From Thermoanaerobaculia bacterium (GTDB lineage: Bacteria; Acidobacteriota; Thermoanaerobaculia; Multivoradales; Multivoraceae), in assembly GCA_963666565.1 (NCBI GenBank), contig OY762911.1, positions 1,440,001 through 1,504,000 on the forward strand: a stretch of 64,000 bases of DNA, given 5' to 3'. This document shows, piece after piece, positions 39,040-48,099 of the stretch (position 1 is the first letter of the stretch; each line of letters starts with the position of its first letter). The position numbers and the translations under genes were made by a program. A model generated the notes under the pieces. That model had not been told where the DNA came from. It did no database searches and saw only the letters and a program-made list of their open reading frames with translations.

Positions 39040-40344
39040 TCAGCGGCACTCCGCCGACAGCACCTCCGACTCGACGATCACGCCGCAGATGTGGCTCGTG
39101 TACTCGAAGGGGTCGCCGTCGAAGAGGGCGAGGTCCGCGTCCTTGCCGACCTCGACCGAGCCGACCCGGTCGTCGATGCCGAGGATGCGAGCCGGGCTCA
39201 GGGTGACGGCCTCCAGGGCGCGTTCCATGCCGAGGCCGTTGGCGGCGGCGATGGCGGCTTCCCAGAGCAGCACGCGGGTCTTCGGCACGTAGCCCTCGAA
39301 GCCGGTCTGGATGGCGAACGGGATGCCGGCGTCGGCGAGCTGCGAGGCGGTCTCGTAGGAGCCGTTGCGGACCCGGCTCATCGTCGGGTGGAGGAGGACG
39401 GGCACGCCGGCCTCCCGGATCTCGTCGAGCAGCAGGTAGGACTCGGCGGCGCCGTCGAGCACGAGGTCGAACCCGAACTCGCGCTGCAGCCGGAGCGCCG
39501 CGGCGATCTCGGGCACGGCGTTGGCCGTGATCAGCAGCGACAGCTCGCCGTCGAGGACCTGGCCGAGCGCCTCCTTGGCGAGGTCGCGTGGCGGCGGCTT
39601 GGGGGCCGGTTTGGCGTCGCCGTTCTCGTCGTCGTTGCCGGCTTCCTCGCCGTCCGCGTCGCTCTCGCCCTCATCGTCTCTGCCGGCTTCCTCCGCCTTG
39701 CGCACCTGCTCCAGGTACGCCTGGGCGCCGTGCAGCGCGTTCCGCAGCATCGCCACACCCTTGGCCGACGTTCCGGGCGACTGGAAGTTCGACGACACGG
39801 CGTTGCCGAGCGTCGAGGCGAGCATGCGCGCCGGCACGACGGCCGCCTGGTCGACGTTGCGGCCGCGGGTCTTGGCGATCATCGTCTGGCCGCTTATGAG
39901 CGCCCCGGGACCGTGGCCGGTGTGCAGCGTCGTGACGCCGTAGGAGCGCACCCACTCGACGAGGGTCTCGTTCGCGTCGTAGGCGTCGATGGCGCGAAGG
40001 TCGGGCTGGAGCGGCGAGGATCGTTCGAGTTGATCCTGGTCGCGCACCGGGCCGACGTTGCTGTTCAAGGCGCCCGAGAGGCCCACCACCGAGCGGGCGT
40101 CGACGAGGCCGGGCGTGACGACGGCGGCTTCGAGGACGTCCGTGCCGTCCGGGATGTCGGCTTCGGCGGTCGGGCCGACCCAGGCGATCTTCCCGTCCGC
40201 GCCGGCGATCACGACGGCGTTCTCGATCGCGTCGCCGGACACCGTGTGCAGCGTGCCGGCCCGCACCGCCACCTGTGCGGCGGCCGGCATGCCGGCGAGA
40301 GCTGCCAGAGCCACAAGAAAGGAGGTTGTACCCAAGCGCTTCAT
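39040..40344 (-). CDS. Secreted amidohydrolase-fold protein, probably non-catalytic
   Basis: TPGLVDARS instead of DxHxH; RVGSVEVGKDADL. Confidence 0.8.
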   Translation of the reverse strand: MKRLGTTSFLVALAALAGMPAAAQVAVRAGTLHTVSGDAIENAVVIAGADGKIAWVGPTAEADIPDGTDVLEAAVVTPGLVDARSVVGLSGALNSNVGPVRDQDQLERSSPLQPDLRAIDAYDANETLVEWVRSYGVTTLHTGHGPGALISGQTMIAKTRGRNVDQAAVVPARMLASTLGNAVSSNFQSPGTSAKGVAMLRNALHGAQAYLEQVRKAEEAGRDDEGESDADGEEAGNDDENGDAKPAPKPPPRDLAKEALGQVLDGELSLLITANAVPEIAAALRLQREFGFDLVLDGAAESYLLLDEIREAGVPVLLHPTMSRVRNGSYETASQLADAGIPFAIQTGFEGYVPKTRVLLWEAAIAAANGLGMERALEAVTLSPARILGIDDRVGSVEVGKDADLALFDGDPFEYTSHICGVIVESEVLSAECR

Positions 40345-41696
40345 CGCGTCTCTCCCAGCAGCAGCTCGTGGATCATCTCGTCTTCGTGGGCGGTCGTGCG
40401 GTAGACCTTGTAGCCGCCGACCGCGTACTTGCGGTGGTCCGGGTTGGCGCGGTCGTAGATCATCGTTCCCTCGACCCAGGTCTGCTCGACCTTCGTGTAG
40501 GCGCTCAGCGGATCGCCGGAGAGGATGACGAAGTCGGCGTCCTTGCCGGCTTCGAGCGAGCCGATCCGGTCCTCCAGTCCGAGCGCCCGCGCCGGCGCCA
40601 GGGTCAGCCCCTCGATCGCCTTGTCGCGCGACATCCCGTAGCGCACCGCCATCGCCGCGGCCCGGAACAGCAGCCGCGAATCGGTCACCGAGTCGTCCGT
40701 GTTGAAGCTGACGTCGACGCCCGCGCGCTCCAGGATCGCGCCCATCTCCATGTTCCAGTCGATCGTCTCCTCCTTGCCGCCCGGCGCGTCGATCCAGGTG
40801 ATCGACACCGGCACGCCGGCGGCGGCGAGTTCGTCGGCGACCTTCCAGGACTCCGTGCCGTGCTGGGCGACGACGCGGAACCCGAACTCCTCCTTGAGCC
40901 GCAGGACCGTGGCGATGTCGTTGTGGCGGTGCGTGTGGTGCTGGACGATCCGCTTGCCGTCGAGCACCTCGACCAGGGTCTCCATCCGCAGGTCGCGCTT
41001 CGCGGGCTCGCCGCCGTCTTCGCCGTCCTCGCCATCCTCGGCCTCGGCCTCGGCCATCTTCTCGCGGTACTCGACGGCCTCGTGGTAGAGGTTGCGGACC
41101 AGGGCGGCCGACTTGGCGCGGGTGCCGGGGAAGGGCGGCTGGCCGATCGAGTTCGTGCCGTTCGCCATCTTCAGGCCGCCGCAGATGCCGGTCAGCGGAT
41201 CGTCGCAGTAGAGCCAGTCCTCGATCGTGCGGGCGCCGTCGCGCAGCTTGACGTAGGCGGTCTGCCCGGACATGAGGTGCCCGGAGCCCGACATGATGTT
41301 GACCGTCGTGATGCCGCCGGCCCGGGCGCGCCAGATGCTGTCGGAGGCGACGTCGATCGAGTCGAGGTTCCGCACGTCCGGGTGCAGCGGCGCCGAGCGG
41401 TCGCCGCCGGAGACCGAGCCGATGTGGGAGTGGGTGTCGACGAGCCCGGGCATCAGCACCTTGCCGCCGAGGTCGTGCTCGACGGCGCCCCGGGGCGTGG
41501 ACGTGTCCGGGCCGCCGACGCCGACGATCCTGCCGCCCTGGACCACCAGGACGCCGTTGTCGATCGGCTCTCCGGCGATCGGCAGCAGCCGCGCGCCGCG
41601 GAAGACATGGGGATCGTCCTGCGCCGCGGCCGGCGTCGCGGCAAGAAGCGCCGGCAGCGCAACGGCGAACAGGAACGAGACGGGACGTTTTCTCAT
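40341..41696 (-). CDS. Secreted amidohydrolase
   Basis: MPGLVDTHSH, LKMANGTN, HTH, QHG and NTD motifs; RIGSLEAGKDAD; AGAGGAG RBS. Confidence 0.85.
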   Translation of the reverse strand: MRKRPVSFLFAVALPALLAATPAAAQDDPHVFRGARLLPIAGEPIDNGVLVVQGGRIVGVGGPDTSTPRGAVEHDLGGKVLMPGLVDTHSHIGSVSGGDRSAPLHPDVRNLDSIDVASDSIWRARAGGITTVNIMSGSGHLMSGQTAYVKLRDGARTIEDWLYCDDPLTGICGGLKMANGTNSIGQPPFPGTRAKSAALVRNLYHEAVEYREKMAEAEAEDGEDGEDGGEPAKRDLRMETLVEVLDGKRIVQHHTHRHNDIATVLRLKEEFGFRVVAQHGTESWKVADELAAAGVPVSITWIDAPGGKEETIDWNMEMGAILERAGVDVSFNTDDSVTDSRLLFRAAAMAVRYGMSRDKAIEGLTLAPARALGLEDRIGSLEAGKDADFVILSGDPLSAYTKVEQTWVEGTMIYDRANPDHRKYAVGGYKVYRTTAHEDEMIHELLLGETR

Positions 41697-41706
41697 GCGT
41701 GCTCCT

Positions 41707-42825
41707 CTAACGGCGGAACGACGGGTCAAGGTCGATACGGTACAACGCCTCCCGCGGCCGGCCGCCGTTGCGGCTGCCGCCCCAGACGACGTGGACGGCG
41801 ATGCGGTCGCCGCGGGGGCTCCAGGCCAGGTCGCCGACGTAGGCGTGGCCCAGGCTGTGGTCGGAGGCCGGATCGTTGAAGAACGTGAGCCGGCGCTTGT
41901 TCGAGCCGTCCGCGTCCATCAGCCACAGCTCGCGGCGGTCGGCGGCCGGCACCGCCTGGTCCGGCTCGGCGCCGCGGATTCCGGCGTTCGAGGTGAAGGC
42001 GACGTGCCGGCCGGTGGGCGACAGGCGGGCGTACTCGTCGGCGCCGCTCCGGGAGTGGGTGAGGCGCTCGGGCTCGCCGCCGTCGAAGCGCAGCCGGTAG
42101 AGGTCGAGCGTGTCGGGCGACTGCCCCGGTTCGAGGTTGGCCGCGACCAGCGCGCCGCGGTCGTCGGGCGTGTAGCCCTGCGGGACGATCAGGGCGTCGG
42201 CAGGCGCTGGATGCGTCCTGACCTTGCCCAGCCTCGGGATGCCGCTCCGCTTGACCTGGAACTCGGCACTGCGGAGGCGCCAGGTGCCGTAGCGGCCTTC
42301 GCGCGCCCTGAACCGCTCGCTCCACAGCAGCCGCTCGCCGTCGAACGCGAAGTGCGGGTCGAGCACCGCCGCGCCGCTGGCCGCGAATCGGGTGAGCAGG
42401 GTGAAGTGCTTGCCTCTCCGGTCGACGTCGTAAAACTCGCTGTGGACGCCGCGGTCGGGGGTCAGGAGCTGCAGCGGATCGGCCACGAACTTGAGCCGCT
42501 TCGGGTGGCTCTGGACCTGCACGACCAGCCGCTCGCCCGAGGGGTGCCACGCGGGGTTCAGCACGTTGTCCTTGCGGAGCTCGTACATCTCGCAGGTCAG
42601 GCAGCGCTCGGCCAGGAGGTCCGTCGACGTGACGTAGACGTCGTAGCGGCCGTCCTCGCCGGCCTTGTCGTAGGCCAGCCACTCGCCCTGGCGGGACCAG
42701 TCGACCCGGGCGCCGCCCTCGATCCAGCGTTCGATGCGCACCACCGGGTTCGTCTCCGGATCGGCGGCCGGCGCCGGCGCGGCGGCCGCGGCCAGCAGGA
42801 TGCAGATCAGGCGGAAACCGACCAT
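41707..42825 (-). CDS. TolB-like (PD40) beta-propeller secreted protein
   Basis: Signal peptide; repeated PAWHPSG, LSPTG and AWSPRG; MDADGSNKRRLT. Confidence 0.75.
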   Translation of the reverse strand: MVGFRLICILLAAAAAPAPAADPETNPVVRIERWIEGGARVDWSRQGEWLAYDKAGEDGRYDVYVTSTDLLAERCLTCEMYELRKDNVLNPAWHPSGERLVVQVQSHPKRLKFVADPLQLLTPDRGVHSEFYDVDRRGKHFTLLTRFAASGAAVLDPHFAFDGERLLWSERFRAREGRYGTWRLRSAEFQVKRSGIPRLGKVRTHPAPADALIVPQGYTPDDRGALVAANLEPGQSPDTLDLYRLRFDGGEPERLTHSRSGADEYARLSPTGRHVAFTSNAGIRGAEPDQAVPAADRRELWLMDADGSNKRRLTFFNDPASDHSLGHAYVGDLAWSPRGDRIAVHVVWGGSRNGGRPREALYRIDLDPSFRR

Positions 42826-42884
42826 CGCTGGAAGGCTACCAGCGGCCGCGGCCCTGAAGCTGCGTCGTCGCCCTCGAAACTGGA

Positions 42885-42960
42885 CGCCCGCTGGGTGCGC
42901 GGTTCTTCCGACCCGCCGGGTGCGCGGGTCTTCCGACCCGCCGCCGCCGAAGGCGGCCGG
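42885..42960 (+). repeat. Tandem pair of REP-like cores
   Basis: Two head-to-tail GGGTGCGCGG(T/G)TCTTCCGACCCGC units + GCCGCCGAAGGCGGCC. Confidence 0.85.
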
Positions 42961-43031
42961 AAAGACGAGTCGGCCGCCAGGCCGGCACCGCGTTGGCGGC
43001 CGGGTTCCGGGCGAGCGGCTGGCGGGTTCGG

Positions 43032-44186
43032 TCAGCGCGAGGCCACGCCGACGAGTTGGCGCCCGGCGCCTTCGCGCGGCGCCTCTGGCGACACGTCCCG
43101 CGGCTTCGCCTCCGGCTGCCACTCCGGGAAGAACTGCCGGTACCAGCGCCGCAGCCGGACGACCGGCCCGTCGTCGCGGCAGAGCGTCGGATGCGTCGTG
43201 TAGGTCTTGTTCTCCCAGATCCGGATGTCGTGCTCCCACTGGGAGATCCAGTTGCCGACGACGTACCAAACGAGCAGGCGCGGCATCCGGCGGTCGGCGA
43301 ACCAGTGGAAGTCGACCTGCTGCTCGAGCGGCGCGACCGGAAGGTGGGTCTGAACGATGTCGACCTCGCCGGCGCCGGGGATCGTGATGCGGAAGTTCAC
43401 GATGCTGGCCGGACCGGTGCAGGTGACCCGGGCGCTTGCCCGGGTCCGTTCGAGGCGCCGGCCGAAGACCCTGAGCACGGTCCGGTCGAGGAAGTACAGC
43501 CGCCAGGGCTTGTCGTCGTCCAGTTCCCATCCGGGCGTGTGGACGAGCTGAACGCCGGGAACCGGAATCTGCGTCCACGGCACCGTCATCTGGCTGTGGA
43601 TGTACCGGAAATGGGCGAAGTCGGCCGTGTTCTCAAGGAACTCGACGATGTGCATGCGCACGCAGCCGGCGTCGTGGTGGCCGCGGTAGGCGAAGCTCCC
43701 GTCGTCGACCTCCGGGATGCGGGGAACCGGGTAGGGGACGTGGTCGCCGGCCTGTTGCTTCGGTCCGGCGGCCCGGTGATGCAGGAAGATCTGCCCGTTC
43801 ACGTCCTCCACGGGGAAGCTCTCGGCCGCGACGCGGGACGGCACGGTGTCGCTGTACGGCACGCAGGCCGCCCGGCCGTCGCCGGTGAACTGCCAGTTGT
43901 GGAACGGACACTCGATGCGGTCCTCGCGGACGCGGCCGTGCCTCAGGTTCGCGCCCAGGTGGGGGCAGAAGGCCTGCATCGCGTGGACGTCGTCGCTGTC
44001 TTCGCTCCGCCAGACGACCAGCGCGCGGCCGAGGCACTCCAGGTAGCGCACCTGCCCGCGCCGGAGCGACTTCGACGTCATCAGCCGGTACCAGCCGTCC
44101 GGGTAGGGATGCGGATAGCCGGCGAGACGGAGATCGTCCGAGGTCGGCGGTTCCCGGCGCCGCGAACGGCGAGTGATGGCGCCCAT
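43032..44186 (-). CDS. Rieske oxygenase, Neverland/DAF-36-like sterol 7-desaturase candidate
   Basis: PHPYPDGWY; CPHLGANL...IECPFH Rieske site; ENTADFAHFRYIH mononuclear Fe site; DIRIWENK..P.L..DDGP...RRWYRQF. Confidence 0.8.
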   Translation of the reverse strand: MGAITRRSRRREPPTSDDLRLAGYPHPYPDGWYRLMTSKSLRRGQVRYLECLGRALVVWRSEDSDDVHAMQAFCPHLGANLRHGRVREDRIECPFHNWQFTGDGRAACVPYSDTVPSRVAAESFPVEDVNGQIFLHHRAAGPKQQAGDHVPYPVPRIPEVDDGSFAYRGHHDAGCVRMHIVEFLENTADFAHFRYIHSQMTVPWTQIPVPGVQLVHTPGWELDDDKPWRLYFLDRTVLRVFGRRLERTRASARVTCTGPASIVNFRITIPGAGEVDIVQTHLPVAPLEQQVDFHWFADRRMPRLLVWYVVGNWISQWEHDIRIWENKTYTTHPTLCRDDGPVVRLRRWYRQFFPEWQPEAKPRDVSPEAPREGAGRQLVGVASR

Positions 44187-44270
44187 CGCGGACCTAACGC
44201 TGGCGGAAGGCAGGCATCCGCTCGAATCGGAACGAGGCGATCGGGTCGTTCACGAAGTCCTCCAGGCGGC

Positions 44271-45350
44271 TCACGAGGGAGTCGTCGCGTCGCCGTCCGG
44301 CTTGCGCGCGTGGATGAGGAAGGAGGGCGTGAAGATGCCCGCCACGCCGCCCTCGACGAGGGAGTCGGCGGCCACGTTCAGGATGCGGGCGGCCTCGCCG
44401 GTGCCGGCGGGCGCGATGCGGAGCAGCTCGAGCAGACGGGTCGCCCCGGCCGTGAACCGGCGGCCCGCGGGAATCCGCCCGAGCGACGCGAGCGAAAGGT
44501 CGCGTCCCTGGAGCGACCGGTACCAGGGAGTGTCCGGATCGCACTCGAGGGAGTAGTCCTTCGCGGCCAGGATCTCGAAGCCGGCAGCCCTGGCCGCGTC
44601 GAGCTGCTGCGAAGTCGTGAGCAGGTTGGGCGTCGCGTTGGCGACTTCAAGCCGGTCGCGGATGTCGCGGTGGGCGGGATCGCCCGCGTCGTACCTCGCG
44701 GTGAGGCACCAGTCATTCAAGGCCAGCTCGCCGCCCGGTCTGAGCAGACGGAAGAACTCCTTGAAGCAGAGGTCCGTTCGGGGCGCGTGACAGACGGCGT
44801 CGAAGGAGTACGCCGCATCGAAGCAGCCGTCCTCGAGAGGCACGTCCAGGAAGTTCGCGAGCAGGAAGTCGCACGTCTCTTCGAGCCCGGCCCGGCGCAC
44901 CGCCCTGCGGCCTCTCTCGATCTGGAGCGCATTGAGGTTCAGGCCCGTGATGCTGGCGCCGGTGGCCTTCGCGATCGCGATCATCGGCCCGCCGACGCCG
45001 CATCCGAGATCGGCGGCCTTCATTCCCGGCTTGAGATCCAGGAGTTCGGCGACGCCGAGTTCGTGGCGGCGGACCGAGTCCCGGAGGCTCTCCCCGGATC
45101 GCCGAGGAGAGAAGTGGAACGACTGCCCCCAGCCGTACTCGTAGAAGCGGGTGACGACGTCGTAGTAGCGACTCACCATGCCGGGCTGACCGCGCAGGGC
45201 GCGGTCTTCTTCCTCCGCGCCGACGAGTGCCTTCAGCTCGAGGTAATCGTCGAGCGCCTCTCTCAGGGAGCCGCCGCTGTTGGCGGCCACGTGCGGACGA
45301 CCCGGTGTCGTCTCCACGCCGTCAACGTCGATGTGCGCTGGCTCTGCCAT
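44271..45350 (-). CDS. Sterol 24-C-methyltransferase-like protein (ERG6/SMT family)
   Basis: YYD.VT.FYEYGWGQSFHF; DLGCGVGGP; ITGLN.N..Q; YSFDAVCHAP; RLLRPGG; PWY; LVEGG..GIFTP; GGGAGG RBS. Confidence 0.88.
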   Translation of the reverse strand: MAEPAHIDVDGVETTPGRPHVAANSGGSLREALDDYLELKALVGAEEEDRALRGQPGMVSRYYDVVTRFYEYGWGQSFHFSPRRSGESLRDSVRRHELGVAELLDLKPGMKAADLGCGVGGPMIAIAKATGASITGLNLNALQIERGRRAVRRAGLEETCDFLLANFLDVPLEDGCFDAAYSFDAVCHAPRTDLCFKEFFRLLRPGGELALNDWCLTARYDAGDPAHRDIRDRLEVANATPNLLTTSQQLDAARAAGFEILAAKDYSLECDPDTPWYRSLQGRDLSLASLGRIPAGRRFTAGATRLLELLRIAPAGTGEAARILNVAADSLVEGGVAGIFTPSFLIHARKPDGDATTPS

Positions 45351-45399
45351 GGGCGCCGTGCCTCCCCGCCCGTGAGCCTATACCCGCGTCGAGGAGGTC

Positions 45400-45432
45400 C
45401 GCCCGCTGGGTGCGCGGGTCTTCCGACCCGCC
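45400..45432 (+). repeat. REP-like core
   Basis: CGCCCGCTGGGTGCGCGGGTCTTCCGACCCGCC, one mismatch to 42885-42917. Confidence 0.85.
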
Positions 45433-45506
45433 CACCGACACGCGGCCAGTTCCCCGCGCGGCAGCGCGGCCTCGCGGCTGCGAACGCTGCTAGCGTCCTC
45501 GTCGAG

Positions 45507-46664
45507 ATGACCGACGAAGCCGGCGCCCGGAAGCGAGCCAGTTTCGCCGTTCCGGCTCTGATCGCCCTGTGGATCGTCGGTTCGGCGCCCTTTCTGGGCC
45601 GCCTGACCCGGTGGATTCGGGAGGAGGTCGACCGTTCGCTTCTCGTGATCGTGCCGACGATCCTGTTCTGGGGCGCGGCGGCGGCGTTCGCGGTCTGGGT
45701 GGTGCGTTCGGCACGGCGCCTGCGATGGAAGAACTGGATCGCGATGGCGCTCGGTCTGCTCTGGGCGGTCGTCCAGGCGACGGCACTCGCCCGCGGCCGT
45801 CCCGAAGAGTCCGCCCTCGAGCGGATGCACCTGGTTCTCTACGGCGTCGTCGCTCTGCTGCTCTACCGGGCCTTCCTCCGGGGCGGCCGGTCGGCAATCG
45901 CGGCGGCGTTTTCGGCCGTTGCTCTGACTTCGCTCGTCGGGCTAGCCGACGAGTTCATCCAGTGGCTCGTGTGGGTCCGCGCCGGCGACTTCTACGACTG
46001 CCTGCTGAACGCCTCGGCCGCTGGCTGCGGCGTCGTCTTCGGGCTGGGCCTGTTCGGATTCGACCCCCGGTCCCCGCCTCTCCCGGAACGCCGCGCGATT
46101 GCCGTCCTGTGGGTCGTCCTCGCCGTGGCGTCGGTCGGCCTCGTCGATCTGACGAACCTCGGCCACCGGATCGTCGACCCGGAACTCGGCAGCTTCCAGA
46201 GCCACTACAGCGCCGAGCGGCTCGAGCGCCTGAACGAGAATCGCCGCGCCCGCTGGCCCGCGAAGCAGCCGCCGACGCCGCCCTTCCAGCCCTGGCAGGT
46301 CGAGGATCACTTCCTGTCCGAGGCCGCCTGGCATGTCCAGGCTCGCAACGAAGCCTTCGACGCGGGAGAGTGGGCCACCGCCGCCGCCGAGCAGGCGATC
46401 CTCAGCCGCTACTACCCGGCCGTGCTGGAAGAAGTTCGGAATCCCGACGGCAACCTGCGCCACGCCTTCCCGCTGGAGAGAGTCCAGCGGCTCCAGCAGG
46501 AAGGCGCTGTCCCCGTCCCGACGTACGAAAGCTCCGCGGGCGGCACCAGGATCTGGATCTGGCCGAGGTTCCTGGCGTCGACTCTCTTTCTTCTCGCCCT
46601 TCTCCCCGCGGTTCCGCTGTCGATGGTTGGGCATCGGCGCCGCACGATCCCGGACCGCTCATAG
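45507..46664 (+). CDS. VanZ-like membrane protein
   Basis: ERMHLVLYG...GLADEFIQW.V..R.GD..D..LN motif; multiple TMs. Confidence 0.7.
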   Translation: MTDEAGARKRASFAVPALIALWIVGSAPFLGRLTRWIREEVDRSLLVIVPTILFWGAAAAFAVWVVRSARRLRWKNWIAMALGLLWAVVQATALARGRPEESALERMHLVLYGVVALLLYRAFLRGGRSAIAAAFSAVALTSLVGLADEFIQWLVWVRAGDFYDCLLNASAAGCGVVFGLGLFGFDPRSPPLPERRAIAVLWVVLAVASVGLVDLTNLGHRIVDPELGSFQSHYSAERLERLNENRRARWPAKQPPTPPFQPWQVEDHFLSEAAWHVQARNEAFDAGEWATAAAEQAILSRYYPAVLEEVRNPDGNLRHAFPLERVQRLQQEGAVPVPTYESSAGGTRIWIWPRFLASTLFLLALLPAVPLSMVGHRRRTIPDRS

Positions 46665-46676
46665 CGCATCCAATGC

Positions 46677-46747
46677 GGTCGCCGCTTCGCGGCGCATTTC
46701 TTCAAGCCGCCTCCGGCGGCAGCGGGTCGGAAGACCCGCGCACCCAG
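46677..46747 (-). repeat. REP-like element
   Basis: Reverse complement of the three-hairpin unit. Confidence 0.85.
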
Positions 46748-46763
46748 CGTCCGACAACGTCCA

Positions 46764-46939
46764 GTCCGCGAGCGGGTCCGGGGGGAGGGTCCCAGGGCGT
46801 CGGAGGCAAACGACTCCCTCCGCCCGACCATCGACCGACGCCGACGCGGAGTGCAGCCGACAACAGCGAGCCCCTGCTCCCCATCCTCTCCGTGAAGGCG
46901 AGCGTGCCCTGGGACCCTCCCCCCGGCCGGCTCGCGGAC
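46764..46939. mobile_element. MITE-like element with ~35-bp terminal inverted repeats
   Basis: GTCCGCGAGCGGGTCCGGGGGGAGGGTCCCAGGGC (46764-46798) vs 46906-46939; no convincing gene inside; no clear TSD. Confidence 0.5.
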
Positions 46940-46989
46940 GGGTGCAACCGCCGCCGCCTCGGCAGCGTCGACCGTCGCCGCCGCAGCGG

Positions 46990-48099
46990 TCAGTCGCAGC
47001 CTTCGCGCGTCTCTTCGATGAGGCCATCGACGACGGCGTTCAGGTCGCCCGCCTCGGCGCGGGCGATCTGGCGGTCGGCGCTGGTGCCCTCGGCGAGGAT
47101 CCGGTGGACGTACTCGACCTCCTTGCGGATGTTCAGCTCGTCCAGCACGTCGTCGACGAAGTCGAGGAGTTCCTCGGTCAGAGAGCGAAGCGGCACCTCC
47201 TCGCCCTTGCCGAAGTCGATCAGCTTGCCGTCGATGCCGTAACGGATCGCGCGCCACTTGTTCTCGTAGATCAGGTGGCGGGGATAGCGGCGCCAGGCCT
47301 GGTTGTTATGGCGGAGGCGGATCAGCTTGCCGACGATCGCCATCAGGAGCGCCGTCATGCACAGCGCCTCCTCGATCTTCGTGCAGACGTCGAAGACCCG
47401 GAACTCGATCGTCGGGAACTTGGGGTGCGGCCGGACGTCCCACCAGATCTGCGTCGGCTCCTCGATGCACCTCGTCTGGACCAGCACGTTCACGAGCCGC
47501 TCGTACTCGGCGTAGGAGCGGAGCGACGGCGGCAGGCCGGAGCGGGGGAGGCTCTCGAAGACGACGGAGCGGTAGGACTTGAGCCCCGTGTTGCGCCCCT
47601 GCCAGAACGGCGAACTCGTCGACAGCGCGAGCAGGTGCGGCAGGAAGTAGAGCGACTGGTCCATCACGTCGATGCGGAGTTCCTTGTCGGGAACGCCGAC
47701 GTGGACGTGCATGCCGAAGATCAGCATGCGCCGGGCGACGTCGCCGAAGTTCTCCTGCAGCTTGATGTAGCGCTGCGCCTCCGTGACGTCCTGCTCCTGC
47801 CAGGCCGAGAACGGATGGCTGCTGGCCGCCGCGATGCGGAGTCCGTTCCGGGACGCCAGGTGCCCGATCGACCGCCGCAGCCGGATGAGCTCCTGGCGCG
47901 CCTCGTCGATCGAGCCGCAGACCTCGCTGCCGACCTCGACCTGGCACTGCAACTGCTCCGCCTTGATCTGCTCCTGGAGCACGATCTGGCCCTGCTCCAG
48001 GAACTTCTGGATGAAGGGCTTCAGTTCCCGGCTCTCGGGTTCGATGATCTGGTACTCCTCTTCGATGCCGATGGTCAGCTCGGGAAGTCTCGTCTTCAT
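46990..48099 (-). CDS. ybdK: Carboxylate-amine ligase, glutamate-cysteine ligase family 2
   Basis: TIGIEEEYQ, FGMHVHVG, LLALSTSSPFW, WWDVRPHP.FPTIEFR and ENKWRAIRYG motifs. Confidence 0.9.
   Translation of the reverse strand: MKTRLPELTIGIEEEYQIIEPESRELKPFIQKFLEQGQIVLQEQIKAEQLQCQVEVGSEVCGSIDEARQELIRLRRSIGHLASRNGLRIAAASSHPFSAWQEQDVTEAQRYIKLQENFGDVARRMLIFGMHVHVGVPDKELRIDVMDQSLYFLPHLLALSTSSPFWQGRNTGLKSYRSVVFESLPRSGLPPSLRSYAEYERLVNVLVQTRCIEEPTQIWWDVRPHPKFPTIEFRVFDVCTKIEEALCMTALLMAIVGKLIRLRHNNQAWRRYPRHLIYENKWRAIRYGIDGKLIDFGKGEEVPLRSLTEELLDFVDDVLDELNIRKEVEYVHRILAEGTSADRQIARAEAGDLNAVVDGLIEETREGCD

Noticed and set aside
43032-44186. Rieske gene as kshA of a steroid catabolic cluster
   Set aside because: Motifs look closer to Neverland/DAF-36 and no kshB/kstD/hsa genes are nearby; not excluded without a phylogeny.
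43032-45350. De novo sterol biosynthesis cluster
   Set aside because: No squalene epoxidase, oxidosqualene cyclase, CYP51 or reductases in the window.
42993-46664. 1223-aa + strand ORF as a single protein
   Set aside because: Only the part from 45507 is gene-like (VanZ); the rest is antisense to the sterol genes.
42885-46747. REP copies as integron attC sites
   Set aside because: No RYYYAAC/GTTRRRY cores, no integrase, and orientation is not tied to gene direction.
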